Notes under the pieces: generated by a model
The model's database searches: none
What the model was told of the DNA's origin: nothing
The model's input: only the letters and a program-made list of their open reading frames with translations
Shown here: positions 40,101-50,878 of the stretch, piece after piece
Position numbering within the stretch: the stretch's first letter is position 1
Layout: every line of letters begins with the position of its first letter
Assembly: GCF_964355755.1 (NCBI RefSeq)
Contig: NC_092670.1
Span: forward strand, 25,282,795 to 25,346,794
Origin: Antedon mediterranea
Taxonomy: Eukaryota > Animalia > Echinodermata
Direction of reading: 5' to 3'
DNA length: 64,000 bases
Translations under genes and position numbers: made by a program

Positions 40101-43100
40101 GACATTCATAAAACAAAACTTACCTCGGGCACAAGGTAGAGCGCTATTTCTTGTCGTTGCATTGGTGTCAATTTGTGATAAAACTGTGCTTGTAGGACTT
40201 GTACCAATTTTTGTAATTGTTTTATAAAATCTGGTAATCTATGGCAAATTAAAAAATAAAAAACAAGTAACAGTAATCTTTTGGAAAGATTTGGGAAAAA
40301 AAAACCAACTGAAACTTGAAAGGAGCAGAATTTGTTTTCTCTACTCTTATCACATCATTTTGGTGAACTACAGTACAGCTAAAAATCACTGCAATGTAAC
40401 CCACTTTCCAGCTTCGTGGCTACAAGGTATTATTTTTTATCGCGATCCTACGAACCGTAAATGAAACATGAAAAAAAAACAATACTTATCGTGGGAGCGC
40501 GATCAAAAGACAAAACTTTGAGGTTTGCGATCATAGAACAATGCCCCATGCGTAGGCTACGAAAGGTTACGCGTGGGAACGAAGCAATAATTAATAGCTG
40601 TACTGTAATATTGCTGCAAAAAAACTGAATTAAAATTCTCTGCTACTACTTCACTACCTACTAACATACAGTAACAAATGTAATCAACCTTACCTTGATC
40701 TTGTGTATGTAAATATTACTTGACGTTCCTCTTTTGATAATTCACTTTGTCTTCGACAAAATAAATCGCACACTAGTAAATAATGCACTCCCCCTACAAT
40801 CAATGGCAGATGTTAAGTGTTTAGTATAATTAATTTATTCACTGTTTTGATTAAAATTTCAAAAACAGTCCTTTCATCATTTCTTAATTTTCCTAAGAAC
40901 AATTATGATATCAACAGCAGACAAGCATCATAAACCCCCGACCCATTCAATGATGGTGGGGTTTCTGTGGTCCAAAAAATAGGCAAAATACTGAATATTT
41001 AATACCTAACATAGCTTCGCGTATAGCCTGCTTAAAGACGTAGCAGAATTTGGATGGATCAGAGAGGGGATTACTGCTGCTGCCAGTCTCCCTCTCAGCG
41101 CTAACTTCCTGCCCTTCAAATATGCTGATAATTCTTTGTGAACATTCATAGATTTCATTTATGTGGGATATGATATCTGTAAATAAAAAAAGAAGCAATG
41201 TGTAACCCCTAGACTTACTTCATGGTGTAACATACTTTAGCTAACTGATTGGATTGATCACTTTATTTCAGAATAACAAAATTCCTTATACAGTATGCAA
41301 CACACAATACAGCAAATAACACTAAAATAGGATTTTCTCTTTTTTAGTGAAGAGATTTGAAGATCGTAACAGATAGTTTGTAGTGCACATAAGATCATTT
41401 TCACTATTCAAAACTCTTATTCTAAAACTATAGATGCACTTGCACTTGCACTTGCGGACTCATAAAAATGATTCTGAATGAGATATTATAGCACACCTCT
41501 AGAGATTTAGTACAATGTTTACAGTACGATTACACCATAATATACAGCAGTACAAACAGATCTGAATAAATTACATCTCAATTACAAATCAAGTCATCTG
41601 TGTCATTACATTTACTGTCTACTGTTTGCAAACATCATGTTTATGTATTTTATTGTATTATAGCATGAATTGAACAAATTATTTTGTAATAAACTAACTC
41701 ACCATTTTTAACCGCCATGTTTTGCAGTAGAATCTCACAATGACTGATGAACCGTTCAAATCCTTCAATCTTAGATATTGCAGCCTGACAAGCTTTTGTA
41801 GCCTCGACTTCCAGACCAGCTGGAAGGCACTCTGTGTACACATAGTGAAGAATGACCCGTATTACCTCCTCAGACAGGCCACATATTGGCCCTGGGGTTT
41901 TCCTCCAATTCTGCTGAGGACATACTGCTTCTAGAATGACTAGATGAGCAGGGAACTACAAAGAATGTAAAAGAAAAAAAAGTGAAAGATACATTTTTTT
42001 ATTTTTTAACAACTTTATGAGAATGTTCCTAAGGACAAATAAAAGTTTTGAGCAAACCTTTTTACCATTACTTGCTACAATATTGACATCTGTGAAGAAT
42101 CCTTCTCTGAGAGCTGGTAGTAAAGACAACGGTTCATCATTAAAATCATCTTCATTGCCCAGCATCTGCAGAATAAACATTCAATGTAAAATGTTACAAA
42201 CATACAGATCATATATAGTTAAGTGGCTGTGTTCACATTTAAAGGTTGGTTCTCACTTGGATATTCTCACACAATATTAAGATTTCTGGATTTTTTTCAC
42301 AACAAGTAGATTGTGGCCAGTGCTAATAGGAGAAGTTTAACATTTAGATATTTCCCTACTAATTTTAAGTTACATTTAAGAAGAGAAAAAATCTTACCCT
42401 TTCACAATATAGTTTAAAGTCACCCTCAAATGTCAAAATCAACAGATTTGTTTTTTTATGTAACCTTGCCTACAAGAATCAAATTTTAGGGTAATGAAAG
42501 ACAAAATAGTCGATTGAGGATCAATTTGATTGGGAATAACTATGGTTCAATTAGGTAGGCATTTGGATTGAGGAGCTGGTTTGATATGAATGGGGAGTTG
42601 ATGTGAAATGTGGAGAGCTGATAATACGATTGGAGAGGTGGTTCAATTAGGTAGGCATTTGGATTGAAGAGCTAGTTTGATATGAATGGGGAGTTGATGT
42701 GAAATGTGGAGAGCTGATATTATGATTGAAGAGGTGGTTAAATTGGGTAGGCATTTGGATTGAAGAGCTGGTTTGATATGAATGGGGAGTCGGTTTGAAA
42801 TGTGGATAGCTGATAATATGATTGGAGAGGTGGTTTAATTGGGTAGGCATTTGGATTGAGGAGCTGGTTTGATATGAATAGGGAGTCGGTTTGAAATGTG
42901 GAGAGCTGACGATTGAAGAGGTGGTTCAATTAGGTAGGTATTTGGAATGAAGAGCTGGTTTGATATGAATGAGGAGTCGGTTTGAAATGTGGATAGCTGA
43001 TAATATGATTGGAGAGGTGGTTTAATTGGGTAGGCATTTGGATTGAGGAGCTGGTTTGATATGAATGGGGAGTCGGTTTGAAATGTGGAGAGCTGATAAT

Positions 43101-46100
43101 ATGATTGGAGAGGTGGTTTAATTGAGTTGGCATTTGGATTGAGGAGCTGGTTCGATATGAATGGGGAGTCGGTTTGAAATGTGGAGAGCTGATAATATGA
43201 TTGGAGAGGTGGTTTAATTGAGTTGGCATTTGGATTGAGGAGCTGGTTTGATATGAATGGGGAGTCGGTTTGAAATGTGGAGGGCTGACAATATGATTGG
43301 AGAGGTGGTTTAATTGAGTAGGCATTTGGATTGAGGAGCTGGTTCGATATGAATGGGAAGTCGGTTTGAAATGTGGAGAGCTGATAATATGATTGGGTAG
43401 GCAGTTAAGTATAGTATGTGGCACCTCAATGGAAATAAATAAGCTTTTTGGGCTTGTCACAAGATAAATTAAATTTACGTTTTCAGTTACGTTACAATCT
43501 TTTTACAATAAAATAGAAGTTAATTAGTAAGGCGAAATGCAGAACACTCTTTATCTCTATATATGTAACAAGTGACAGTCTCTGATTGGATGCTCACTTG
43601 CACGAACGGTATCACTTGTTATGTAAATTAAAAGAATAGAATGTTATACCACGGGTTTAGATTAGTATACTTTGCACAGTACTGGTCGTATAGAATAGAT
43701 GTAGGCTAAGAGAGTGTTGCTGTACACCTTAGCTAAGGCACATTACTCAGAGTACGTAAATAAAAGGTAGCTTATGCTACAGGTATTAAAGTTGTGCACT
43801 CAAATAAGCCCAAGTGGGGATATAACGACCATGGTCGCAGGAGAAGCTTATCTCCGTATAAAGGTATTTGTAATAAGTTCTGTAGAGGCACGTTGAAGAT
43901 AAAGTCTTCTAGTGATCATTGCAGTACTGGAACACTGTGGAAAAAGTCATTGTGAGTGCCGAAGTACACAGACATAGTCACATGGACTGTTATTGTGCAT
44001 TGAATACAGTATATCTGTTTGAAACGAACTGTATTTGTTGGACTATTAAACCATTTATACATATTATTACTAGTTTGTGTTTGTGTCGGGCAGTAATATT
44101 GTGACGGGCTATCTTGGAAAATGTATTTCTCTGTATTCATTAATGTACTTTGTGTCTATTTATTATGTTTTTCCAAATAAATTCAAATCAAATAAAGGCA
44201 AATCTAAGGAGACACAATTGAAGGCATGATGCATTATTTGGGTATAAAGGCAAATGAACTTACACTGAATTCTAGCCTATAACCTGTGACACTTCCAATC
44301 CATTCTATGCTCTGAAACTTTTTACCAGACACCTAGAGATATGATAAATAAGAATTAATTTGTAAATAAAACATTACTATTTTGTACAGTACTGCCATAT
44401 AATTTCATATTCCAATTATTTATAAGGATATGTACACAAAAATACATGGTAAAATAATAAATAATAAAAAAAGTGTAAACAAATCAGTGTTTATCTTAGA
44501 AACTATGGATCTCATGGAGGGCTGCTCACTGGAATGGAATGTTCAGTAGCACGATAGGATATTACCATTATAAAATCGTGGCTGGCTAATTTTGTTGGGT
44601 ACGTAAATGATGTCCATGTTCAATTCAAAATAACATTTATTTCTTTTTCAAGGTAACAAAATCAATATTAAAATATAAATAATATAGAGGCAAAACACAG
44701 GCAGTTTTTACAGTAGGTAAAAAAAGTTGTAATCAAATTGATGTTTAATTTAACATGCAGAAACAAAACAGGATAGACAATTCAAACAAGCAAAGCACAG
44801 AAAGCCAATAATAATACCATGGAAGAACAGAAACCAAAATAATTGTGTTTCTTTTTTATTGTTGGAGTAGGATTTGTTTAAAAGAGGGGGGGGGGGGGAA
44901 ATTTCAATTTTGTAGGGGAGATCATTATATAATTTGTAGGGGAGACCATTATATAATTTGGAGCAGATAACATTTATATATGTGGCATTAATGTTGATTT
45001 GGTAAGTGGAGAGTACAAGAGGATCTAGTGCTATGGATATAAATATTATTGGTTTTTTTTTATGAAGCTGCAAGAAAGTTTAGTTGGAAGTAGACAATCG
45101 TCATTAGTGGTGTAATGGCTATGAACACTCACTGGCTAAACCCATAGGCCCCAGAGCTTAAGGGACCCCAAGATATGAACAGCCCACTGTAACTGCCTAG
45201 CATTGGAAGGCCCCTTGTGGAGTGTACAGTAAACCAGACAAAACTGCATTGTTGGAGAATATATTGCTGTTTTGGACAGTAAACATGTTTACCTCGTATA
45301 AGTCAAAGTTAGCTGCCAGATATGGCGTGTCCTGTCCAGTAGGAACACTCCATAATAGATCACCAGAGTCAGTCATTTGAAATACACATCTGAAAAATGA
45401 AACAGGATGAATTGACAAAACACACTGATTTGTTTATCCTACAGTTAGTACACTTGGCATATAGTAGAGGCTTTGCCCTAAAATAGGGGATCTAACTATT
45501 AGAGCAGGCAGCCTATACAAGTTTCTTCCTTATTTCACTTAAGGTAAGCGTCATAATTACATTGACAAATAAAACAAACAAATAATATATAACGTTTAGA
45601 GTTATAGGCTACAGTATATATAAATATATAAGTTAGGCCACTTAGTTTAGTTTAGCCTAGCAATACTTTATATACTATATAAGTCCTAATAGGCCACAAA
45701 CCTGTTTACTATTAGGCTAATTCTGTAAGCCCTACTACTTACTATACCTCTACTAACGGGTGAAGTCAGCCCTAAACCGTCTCGGCCAAAGTCAAGTTTG
45801 CCCCACGTAAATAATCGGCCCAAATCAAGTCGGCCCCCAAGTCAACTCAGCCTAAAGTCAACTCGACCAAAAATTAATCGGTCAACTCGGCCTCTAATAA
45901 AGTATGGAACGCAAAAAGTGCTAATAGTTAAAGTAAAAAATGGCAGGATTCAGGCTTAGGTAGACCTAAATTAAAACAAAAAGGGGCAGTCATATTTAAT
46001 TACCTGAAAAATGTAATTTAAAGAGAAAAAAAAAAGTCTAATTGGCTGCCAGATAATGGGTTTTTTTTTTGGGTTGAATTTAGCCATTTATTTGTCATTT

Positions 46101-47402
46101 TATACTGTGAAAACATTTGTTTAGTTGTTTTTTCTACGGAAGTGATTAATTTTTATTAAAACTACAAAATAACCTATTCAAAGTCTGATTCATATTTTTG
46201 AGGGACAATATCTTTAATAAAGCGAATAGTTATTTTTGTTGTTAAAAGTATTCCTGGCCTATTGTCATTTGTCTAAATATTATTCCTAAAAAGTCTTCTT
46301 AGACATTCATATATTTCTGTGTAAAAAATGTGAAGAAAATATTTATTCTTATCCATATATCCAAAAATCGCGCCTTACTTCTAGAAGTTGGTTCGTACTT
46401 TCGGTACTGATTTCAACCACCTGATGTAAATTGTAACCCTGTTTACTAATTAAATTGAGTTAGATAATTAGTTATTGACAATTAAACAAATTTAGGTTCA
46501 ACGATTTGCCCCCAATAGGGGTGTTTTCCGATCGTGGCATACACTGTCTAATAGATGTCCATCTTGAATATACCCGCACACAATAATACGAGGATGTTTC
46601 GCATTTTCCTATCTCCTCCTACAAAACAACTTTGGTGGGTAGGAACCAATTTAAGTATGAATTGGCTCTAAGAAACAATTGAAAACCATTAGGCCTACTA
46701 ATTCAGTTGAGTTAGATAATTTAATATTATTGACGATTAAAGCAAATTTATGATCTGCCCCGAATAGAGGTGTTTTTCACAAATTGTTTTACATTTTAAT
46801 ATAAACATATACAAATAAACTTTACTACTGACAGTTGCTTCTTAACATTTGTAACATTAATTAATACTGTAATTACAACAAAAATTAAACGTCGTAGCTA
46901 GGTTAGGTAGTGATGTATCGTTACATACATACATGTACTGTACTATTATTAAATAAATAGGCCCGATCGTCTCTATTTATTATGATGGCCCAGATCGTCT
47001 CTATTAATATTATGATGTCCCCGATCATCCTTCGACTCGATCATCTTTTAACCACTAGGCCTAGCTTCCTATAGTTGCTAGCCTACTACTACTAGGCCTA
47101 ACTAGGTCTTAGGATAGGCCAACTAGAGGTAGGCCTAGGCTACACCTGGCCTAGGCTAGCCTAGCTAGTAGGCCAGGGCCCTAGGCGCGCCTAGAGAGAC
47201 AAGCAAAATGCAAAGCGTTTATTTTATTATTACCCTTGGTGTTCACTTGCGTCCTCTCCGCTCGCCTCAACTTTTACAACCTACAAAAATCAGAGAATAA
47301 TTAACGACATTATAAAAGCAAAACCTTTGAAAACTAAAGACTAAACACTAAAAAGTTTACCTTCCATAACCCAACAAACTGCAGATCTCCAAATTCAGCC
47401 AT
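25115..47402 (-). CDS. Double BTB/POZ domain protein with BACK-like helices and a C-terminal UBA/HBS1_N-like domain (~885 aa, 21 exons)
   Basis: Phase-consistent GT-AG exons: 47402-47361, 47280-47234, 45389-45293, 44332-44264, 42469-42398, 42165-42058, 41955-41703, 41176-41006, 40793-40694, 40238-40124, 37698-37564, 37372-37214, 32023-31919, 28745-28527, 28267-28141, 27592-27421, 26892-26757, 26438-26328, 26087-25975, 25879-25771, 25312-25115 (2658 nt). BTB1: FTDVNIVASNGKKFPAHLVIL..ILHYVYTECL. BTB2: TDMHFEV..IPAHRVVIASRCDWFRRALLSGMKES..FKQFLAYLYTGQL..LCDRFEVDDLKTTCE. Confidence 0.9.
28790..28950. repeat. 20-21-bp tandem repeat interrupted by a SINE
   Basis: (TTAACAGGTCAATGCACAGT)n, resuming at ~29290 after the SINE. 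Confidence 0.9.
28952..29287 (-). mobile_element. Composite SINE: 5S rRNA head + tRNA-like segment + CORE-like domain + LINE-type tail
   Basis: Minus strand: 5S-like 29287-29170; tRNA-like segment with A box TGGTGTAATGG and B box GGTTCGAGG; CORE-like TGCATCCTTAGGCAAGATGCTTTACTCTCATTGCCT; hairpin CCTCACTGAGG and A-rich tail. ACAGTTT occurs on both flanks. Confidence 0.8.
29438..30220. mobile_element. Crypton-like non-autonomous element with a long subterminal palindrome
   Basis: Starts TATTATATAGC..TGATTGG..TCACATG; long hairpin GGCATTTGGT..AAAGGTTATATTTCAAC/GTTGAAATATAACCTTT..ACCAAATGCC at ~30116-30186. Class inferred from architecture. Confidence 0.4.
31610..31865. repeat. 20-bp minisatellite
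   Basis: (TTTAACCA(G/A)TCAAACCACAG)n. Confidence 0.95.
32146..32492. mobile_element. Kolobok-like TTAA MITE, family A copy 2 (inverted relative to copy 1)
   Basis: Same AGATGTATTGTCCC TIRs, TTAA flanks and internal sequence as 2018-2339. Confidence 0.85.
33612..34547 (-). CDS. Intronless class A (rhodopsin-like) GPCR, orphan or chemoreceptor-like, 311 aa, nested in intron 12 of the BTB gene
   Basis: Seven hydrophobic segments; TM1 GFILNILV, TM2 NQSLID, TM3 ITIERYFAI, TM4 SAW, TM6 LCFLP, TM7 NPFIY, helix 8 KQFR; short N-terminus with an NFT sequon. Confidence 0.93.
   Translation of the reverse strand: MDLNFTEESWVAVKVGCTFSVTGFILNILVLVVINRISSMRWSTRWFIFNQSLIDSIGCLVFLLHIVLIDPLGLKVYCTLFAINWSISAASTVNLIFITIERYFAIMKPFWFEINYTPKRTLIMIVSAWIIGFLLNPQVVVYVPIQIEYEVICGITDLIILYSMSGAIFLLLFLSTLLTMAFVYGSIIRELLLKRRVVLPISTTSPSQPSIHVKTLKVFLAVSTAYILCFLPILVLTLMYVFGIDLGTYIWMITSDFSVFNFVVNPFIYTLSLKQFRTELLKCLTFGVYRISPVKSVSTITTDTNLKVIEV
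35915..36258. mobile_element. Kolobok-like TTAA MITE, family A copy 3
   Basis: TIR AGATGTATTGTCCCCC with TTAA at 35911-35914 and 36259-36262. Confidence 0.87.
36355..36990. repeat. Degenerate ~120-bp tandem repeat (about 5 units)
   Basis: Recurring AATCCAACTTTT/CATCAAGCTCAATG..TGAATGTTGTTTAAT units. Confidence 0.8.
38069..39789. mobile_element. Foldback/MULE-like element with tandem-repeat TIR arms
   Basis: Left arm (GGACAACTACCCCC)n, right arm (GGGGGTAGTTGTCC)n; 9-bp TSD GCTACTATC (38060-38068 and 39790-39798). Confidence 0.85.
39073..39496. mobile_element. Nested MULE-like MITE with an internal ATACGAAAAGGGAGACC tandem array
   Basis: TIR GGGTGTTTCGAAACTAGAGACC; perfect 9-bp TSD GTTAAAAAC (39064-39072 and 39497-39505). 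Confidence 0.88.
42540..43400. repeat. 96-bp minisatellite (about 9 units) in BTB gene intron 4
   Basis: Unit GAGAGGTGGTTTAATTGGGTAGGCATTTGGATTGAGGAGCTGGTTTGATATGAATGGGGAGTCGGTTTGAAATGTGGAGAGCTGATAATATGATTG, giving 32-aa periodic ORFs. Confidence 0.95.
46000..46217. mobile_element. Kolobok-like MITE family A, truncated copy 4
   Basis: Matches the right half of 2018-2339 (AATTGGCTGCCAG..TTATTAAAACTACAAAATAAC..GGGACAATATCTTTAA). Confidence 0.75.
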
Positions 47403-47899
47403 TTTCTTCTGTAGCCCGACAGGTTACGTTTACGCAAGCGCATAACATAAAATCAGTCATGCATGTAATCAAAACAAATTGATCAGCTGTTTCAAAATAT
47501 TATAAATAAGAAATTGTTTTCCATAACAAACAGTAAAACCAAAACGCCAAAATATCCATTGATTAATTTTTAAATCACAAAATCATTTCATCATCATTGA
47601 TTATACGTCATTCCATCCCTTATTAGACAATTTTCAAGATGATGAAAAGACGAAAAAGAAATTAATATTCGAACCTCTTGTCTACAATTACACAATTAAT
47701 TAAAATTCTCTGTTAAATGCCAAGCTTTATAAAAAAAAAATTAAAGAAAAACTTAAATATCTAACCCTATAATTCTTACTATATTTAACAACATTTTTAT
47801 AAGTAGGCCTATAAATGTTGCTGTGTAACAAATGTTATTGCGATAAATATTATAGGCCTATTTAAGTTAGGAAAGGAAAAATATAAATGTATACTGCAT

Positions 47900-50330
47900 A
47901 TAACTATAATATATAATAATATAATTAAGTCCAAAAGGTTTGTGGTTTTAAGTATTAATTCCCAGTGGTTTTCTTTGTCTTTCGAATTTTGTCGCTCAAT
48001 TTAACATCGTGGTCTCAATTGCAATAACTCTGAAATTTGCAATCAAGTGACCAGCTGAATTAAAATGTTCGGCTACAGGTTGATCAAGCTTTAATGTTTT
48101 GATCTGTGTTGTTGTGTCATTCTCATACCGAGAGTGTTTTTTGTTTCTCCGACGTACCATTTACCACAAATTACAGTATATGAGATAAATGCCGTTTTTG
48201 GTTAGACAATAATGGTTGTCTTATCCGGAAAATGCGGCCAGTTGGTTACTTTTTAGTAGAGTCAACCGATGAACAAGTTTTGCAAGACTGTGGACTGTAG
48301 AATGGACATTATGTTTCTCAATAATAGCCCGTAATGGAGGCAACCTAGGGTGACTAAGTTTGTGATCAATTGCACTCTGGTCGAATTTGGCTGACGTGGT
48401 TTTTACGTCAGTGTCTGTGATATCGGGAATATCTTTTGATTTCTTTATAGCAGTTTCAATTCCTTGTAATTTCTATTCCGGAGATGTCCGTTTAGTTCAT
48501 TTGTACGATTCTGAAAATCTAAATCTGAAGAACAGATACGTCTGATACGTAGCCTATGGCCTAATTATGCTTGACTGTACGGTGTGTTTTTAATACAGTG
48601 TCGGGGATGACAACTGCTAGGTAGCAGGTACATATTTTATCCATGGGTTTACGGAATAAGTCAGTTTTGAGTGTACCATTTTCTATTGTCACTTTAGTTT
48701 AGTAGCTGTAAATTTGATAGTATGGGTGGGCTGAGTTAATATTCAGAAGAAATGAATCCAGATTATCTTCACCAACATGTCGTCATCTAAACCAAACAAG
48801 TGGTTTATTAGGTTGGAGGGACAGAAAATTGGCCTCAAATTGTCCCATAAAAATTTTGCAAAAGATGGCGCCATTTTTGTGCCCACATTGTCAAAAATAA
48901 AATTGTTGGTTTAAATCAACATGACCAATTCTCGTAAATAGGCTTTAGTAGGCGTTTTGACTGGAATTTGTTTGTAATTTAAAATGCATGCGTCGGCTCC
49001 TTCTTTGTGAGGGATATTAGTATACAACGATGAAACATCTAATGTAGTCAGAACAGAATTATTAGGTAAATCTTGAATTTTGCGGATAAAGTCCGTGGAG
49101 TTCTGAATGTACGACGGGAGATCAGTCACATGGTCTAAGTAAATCCACATATTCAGAAATGTTCTCTGTAGCAGTGCCATTGCTCGAAATAATGGGTCTA
49201 CCAGGATTGTCTGCTTTGTGGATTTTAGGTAAGAAGTAAAATCTGCCTGGAACTGAATTAACCTGTGCCAAATGGGGTCCAAACTTAGGATCGATGGAGT
49301 GTTATTTACCATCACAGAAATAGATTTTGCCACCTTATCCGCAATTTCCGTGGTGGGACCATTACGATAATGAAGAGGATTTTTTAGCTGTCTTAAGGAC
49401 TCCTCTTAATAACATTTTATGTTCATAGCGCCGACAGTGGCAGAACCTTTATCAGCGGTTTTAATGATGATATCACTACGCTGACGCAATTTGACAATGG
49501 CATGCCTCTCTTGTTTAGAGATTGTCACGTTGATCTGGACCAGGGATGTAGTTTTGTAAATCCTTCTCAATAGCCTGAATAAATGTTTCTAAAGCTGGAC
49601 AACGATGTTTAGGTGTATTCCAGGAACTTTTTGGTTTAAATTTATTAAAGTTGCCATCGTTTTGCGTGGTGTTGCTGTCGATTTGTGATGTCCCCTCTGG
49701 GACATTACCTTGATTTCTTACGGAAATCTTTGGTGCTAATCCTGAGTTTGTTTTGAAACGCGGATGCAGGATGTTCTCTTTTTAACTTCTTAGTTCTAGA
49801 GTGAATTTCAACGTCAAACTCTTTGAGGATTTTGCGGCAATTGCCAATTTGGATCTCATTAAGTTGACAGGTATTTTTGTAAAGGACAGCGTTTCAACGA
49901 GAACGCATGACATCTTTTGCGAATGGAATACCAGATGTGACATGGAATTTAAGTCCTTTAGGGACCAAATGTTTATAACGATGTTTAAGAAAAGTACATA
50001 AATTGTCGATACCTGGCACGTTTCTCGGACAGGCGACGTAGAATTGAAAAATTAGCCAAAGTGCCCTCCAGGATTACAGCAAAGTCGGATCAAAATTGAT
50101 ACAAACAGTAGAAAATATATATAAATCCAAAGGCAAAATACTAAAAAATGAAAATGCTGTGGGTATCAGTGGCTGGATCTCAATGGAGATACCAAAAAAA
50201 AAATCGAAAAGCTAAATCAAAACGATAAAGTAAAACAGCCATAAAAGTTAGCAGAGCTTTCGGGCAACACTAGCGAAGGTACTTGGAAAAAGATAGATAG
50301 ACTTATCAGGCAAACGCTGCCTGAATGAAC
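47900..50330 (-). mobile_element. Decayed Penelope-like retroelement (RT + GIY-YIG endonuclease)
   Basis: Broken frames contain ADKGSA, SYIQNSTDFIRKI, LTTLDVSSLYTNIPHKEG, GTKMAPSFA, GTLKTDLFRKP and RIRRICS, plus GIY-YIG remnants (GIYLIYC, VGETK, VAEHFN) near 48050-48200. Many stops and frameshifts. Confidence 0.85.
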
Positions 50331-50878
50331 ATGAATAAATGAAATAAAACATAAGAGGCACAAGGCTGATGAATATAATGTGGAGATAGTAATGGGTAGT
50401 ATTTGGTATTTATATCGTTTCAAATTAATTTATTAATTTTAATTTCAGTATATCAGTGGAGGCCCAACTAGTCAGAAGGCTCCACTGATTGTGAGACCTT
50501 TTTACAATTTACAATAATTATTCATTTGTATTGAAGAAGCAGATGATGAATTAATAACAAACTGTTAATGAGTGAGGTCTTCACAACCGGTTCAACTCCG
50601 TTTTCTGTCTTACGCCCCTGTATTACGGTTTGCATTTGTCTGGTCAAACCATCTATACAATTTGTCGTGTCAAAACCCTTCGATAACCTCGACGTTTTAA
50701 TCAATGATTTGCCTTTATATTTACCCCGAGGTAAATAATTGAAATGGCCGTCACGACAATAACTAACTCTTTCAACCATGACAATGTAGTCGGTAGTTCG
50801 AAACACACGAGATCTTAGTACAGGAGGATTACGTATTACACTGTCAATTTTAGAATCAATACTCTGCAGTTGTCCAGA

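Noticed and set aside
42930-43460. 176-aa His/Pro/Ser-rich ORF as an extra BTB gene exon
   Set aside because: It is the 96-bp minisatellite; flanking exons 4 and 5 already join in frame, and other units carry frame-breaking indels.
50240-50325. Possible hammerhead ribozyme at the Penelope element end (minus strand CTGATAAG ... GCCCGAAAGCTC)
   Set aside because: The CUGANGA core is imperfect and too far from GAAA, and stem II cannot be paired convincingly. At most a decayed remnant; an Infernal/RNAMotif search would decide.
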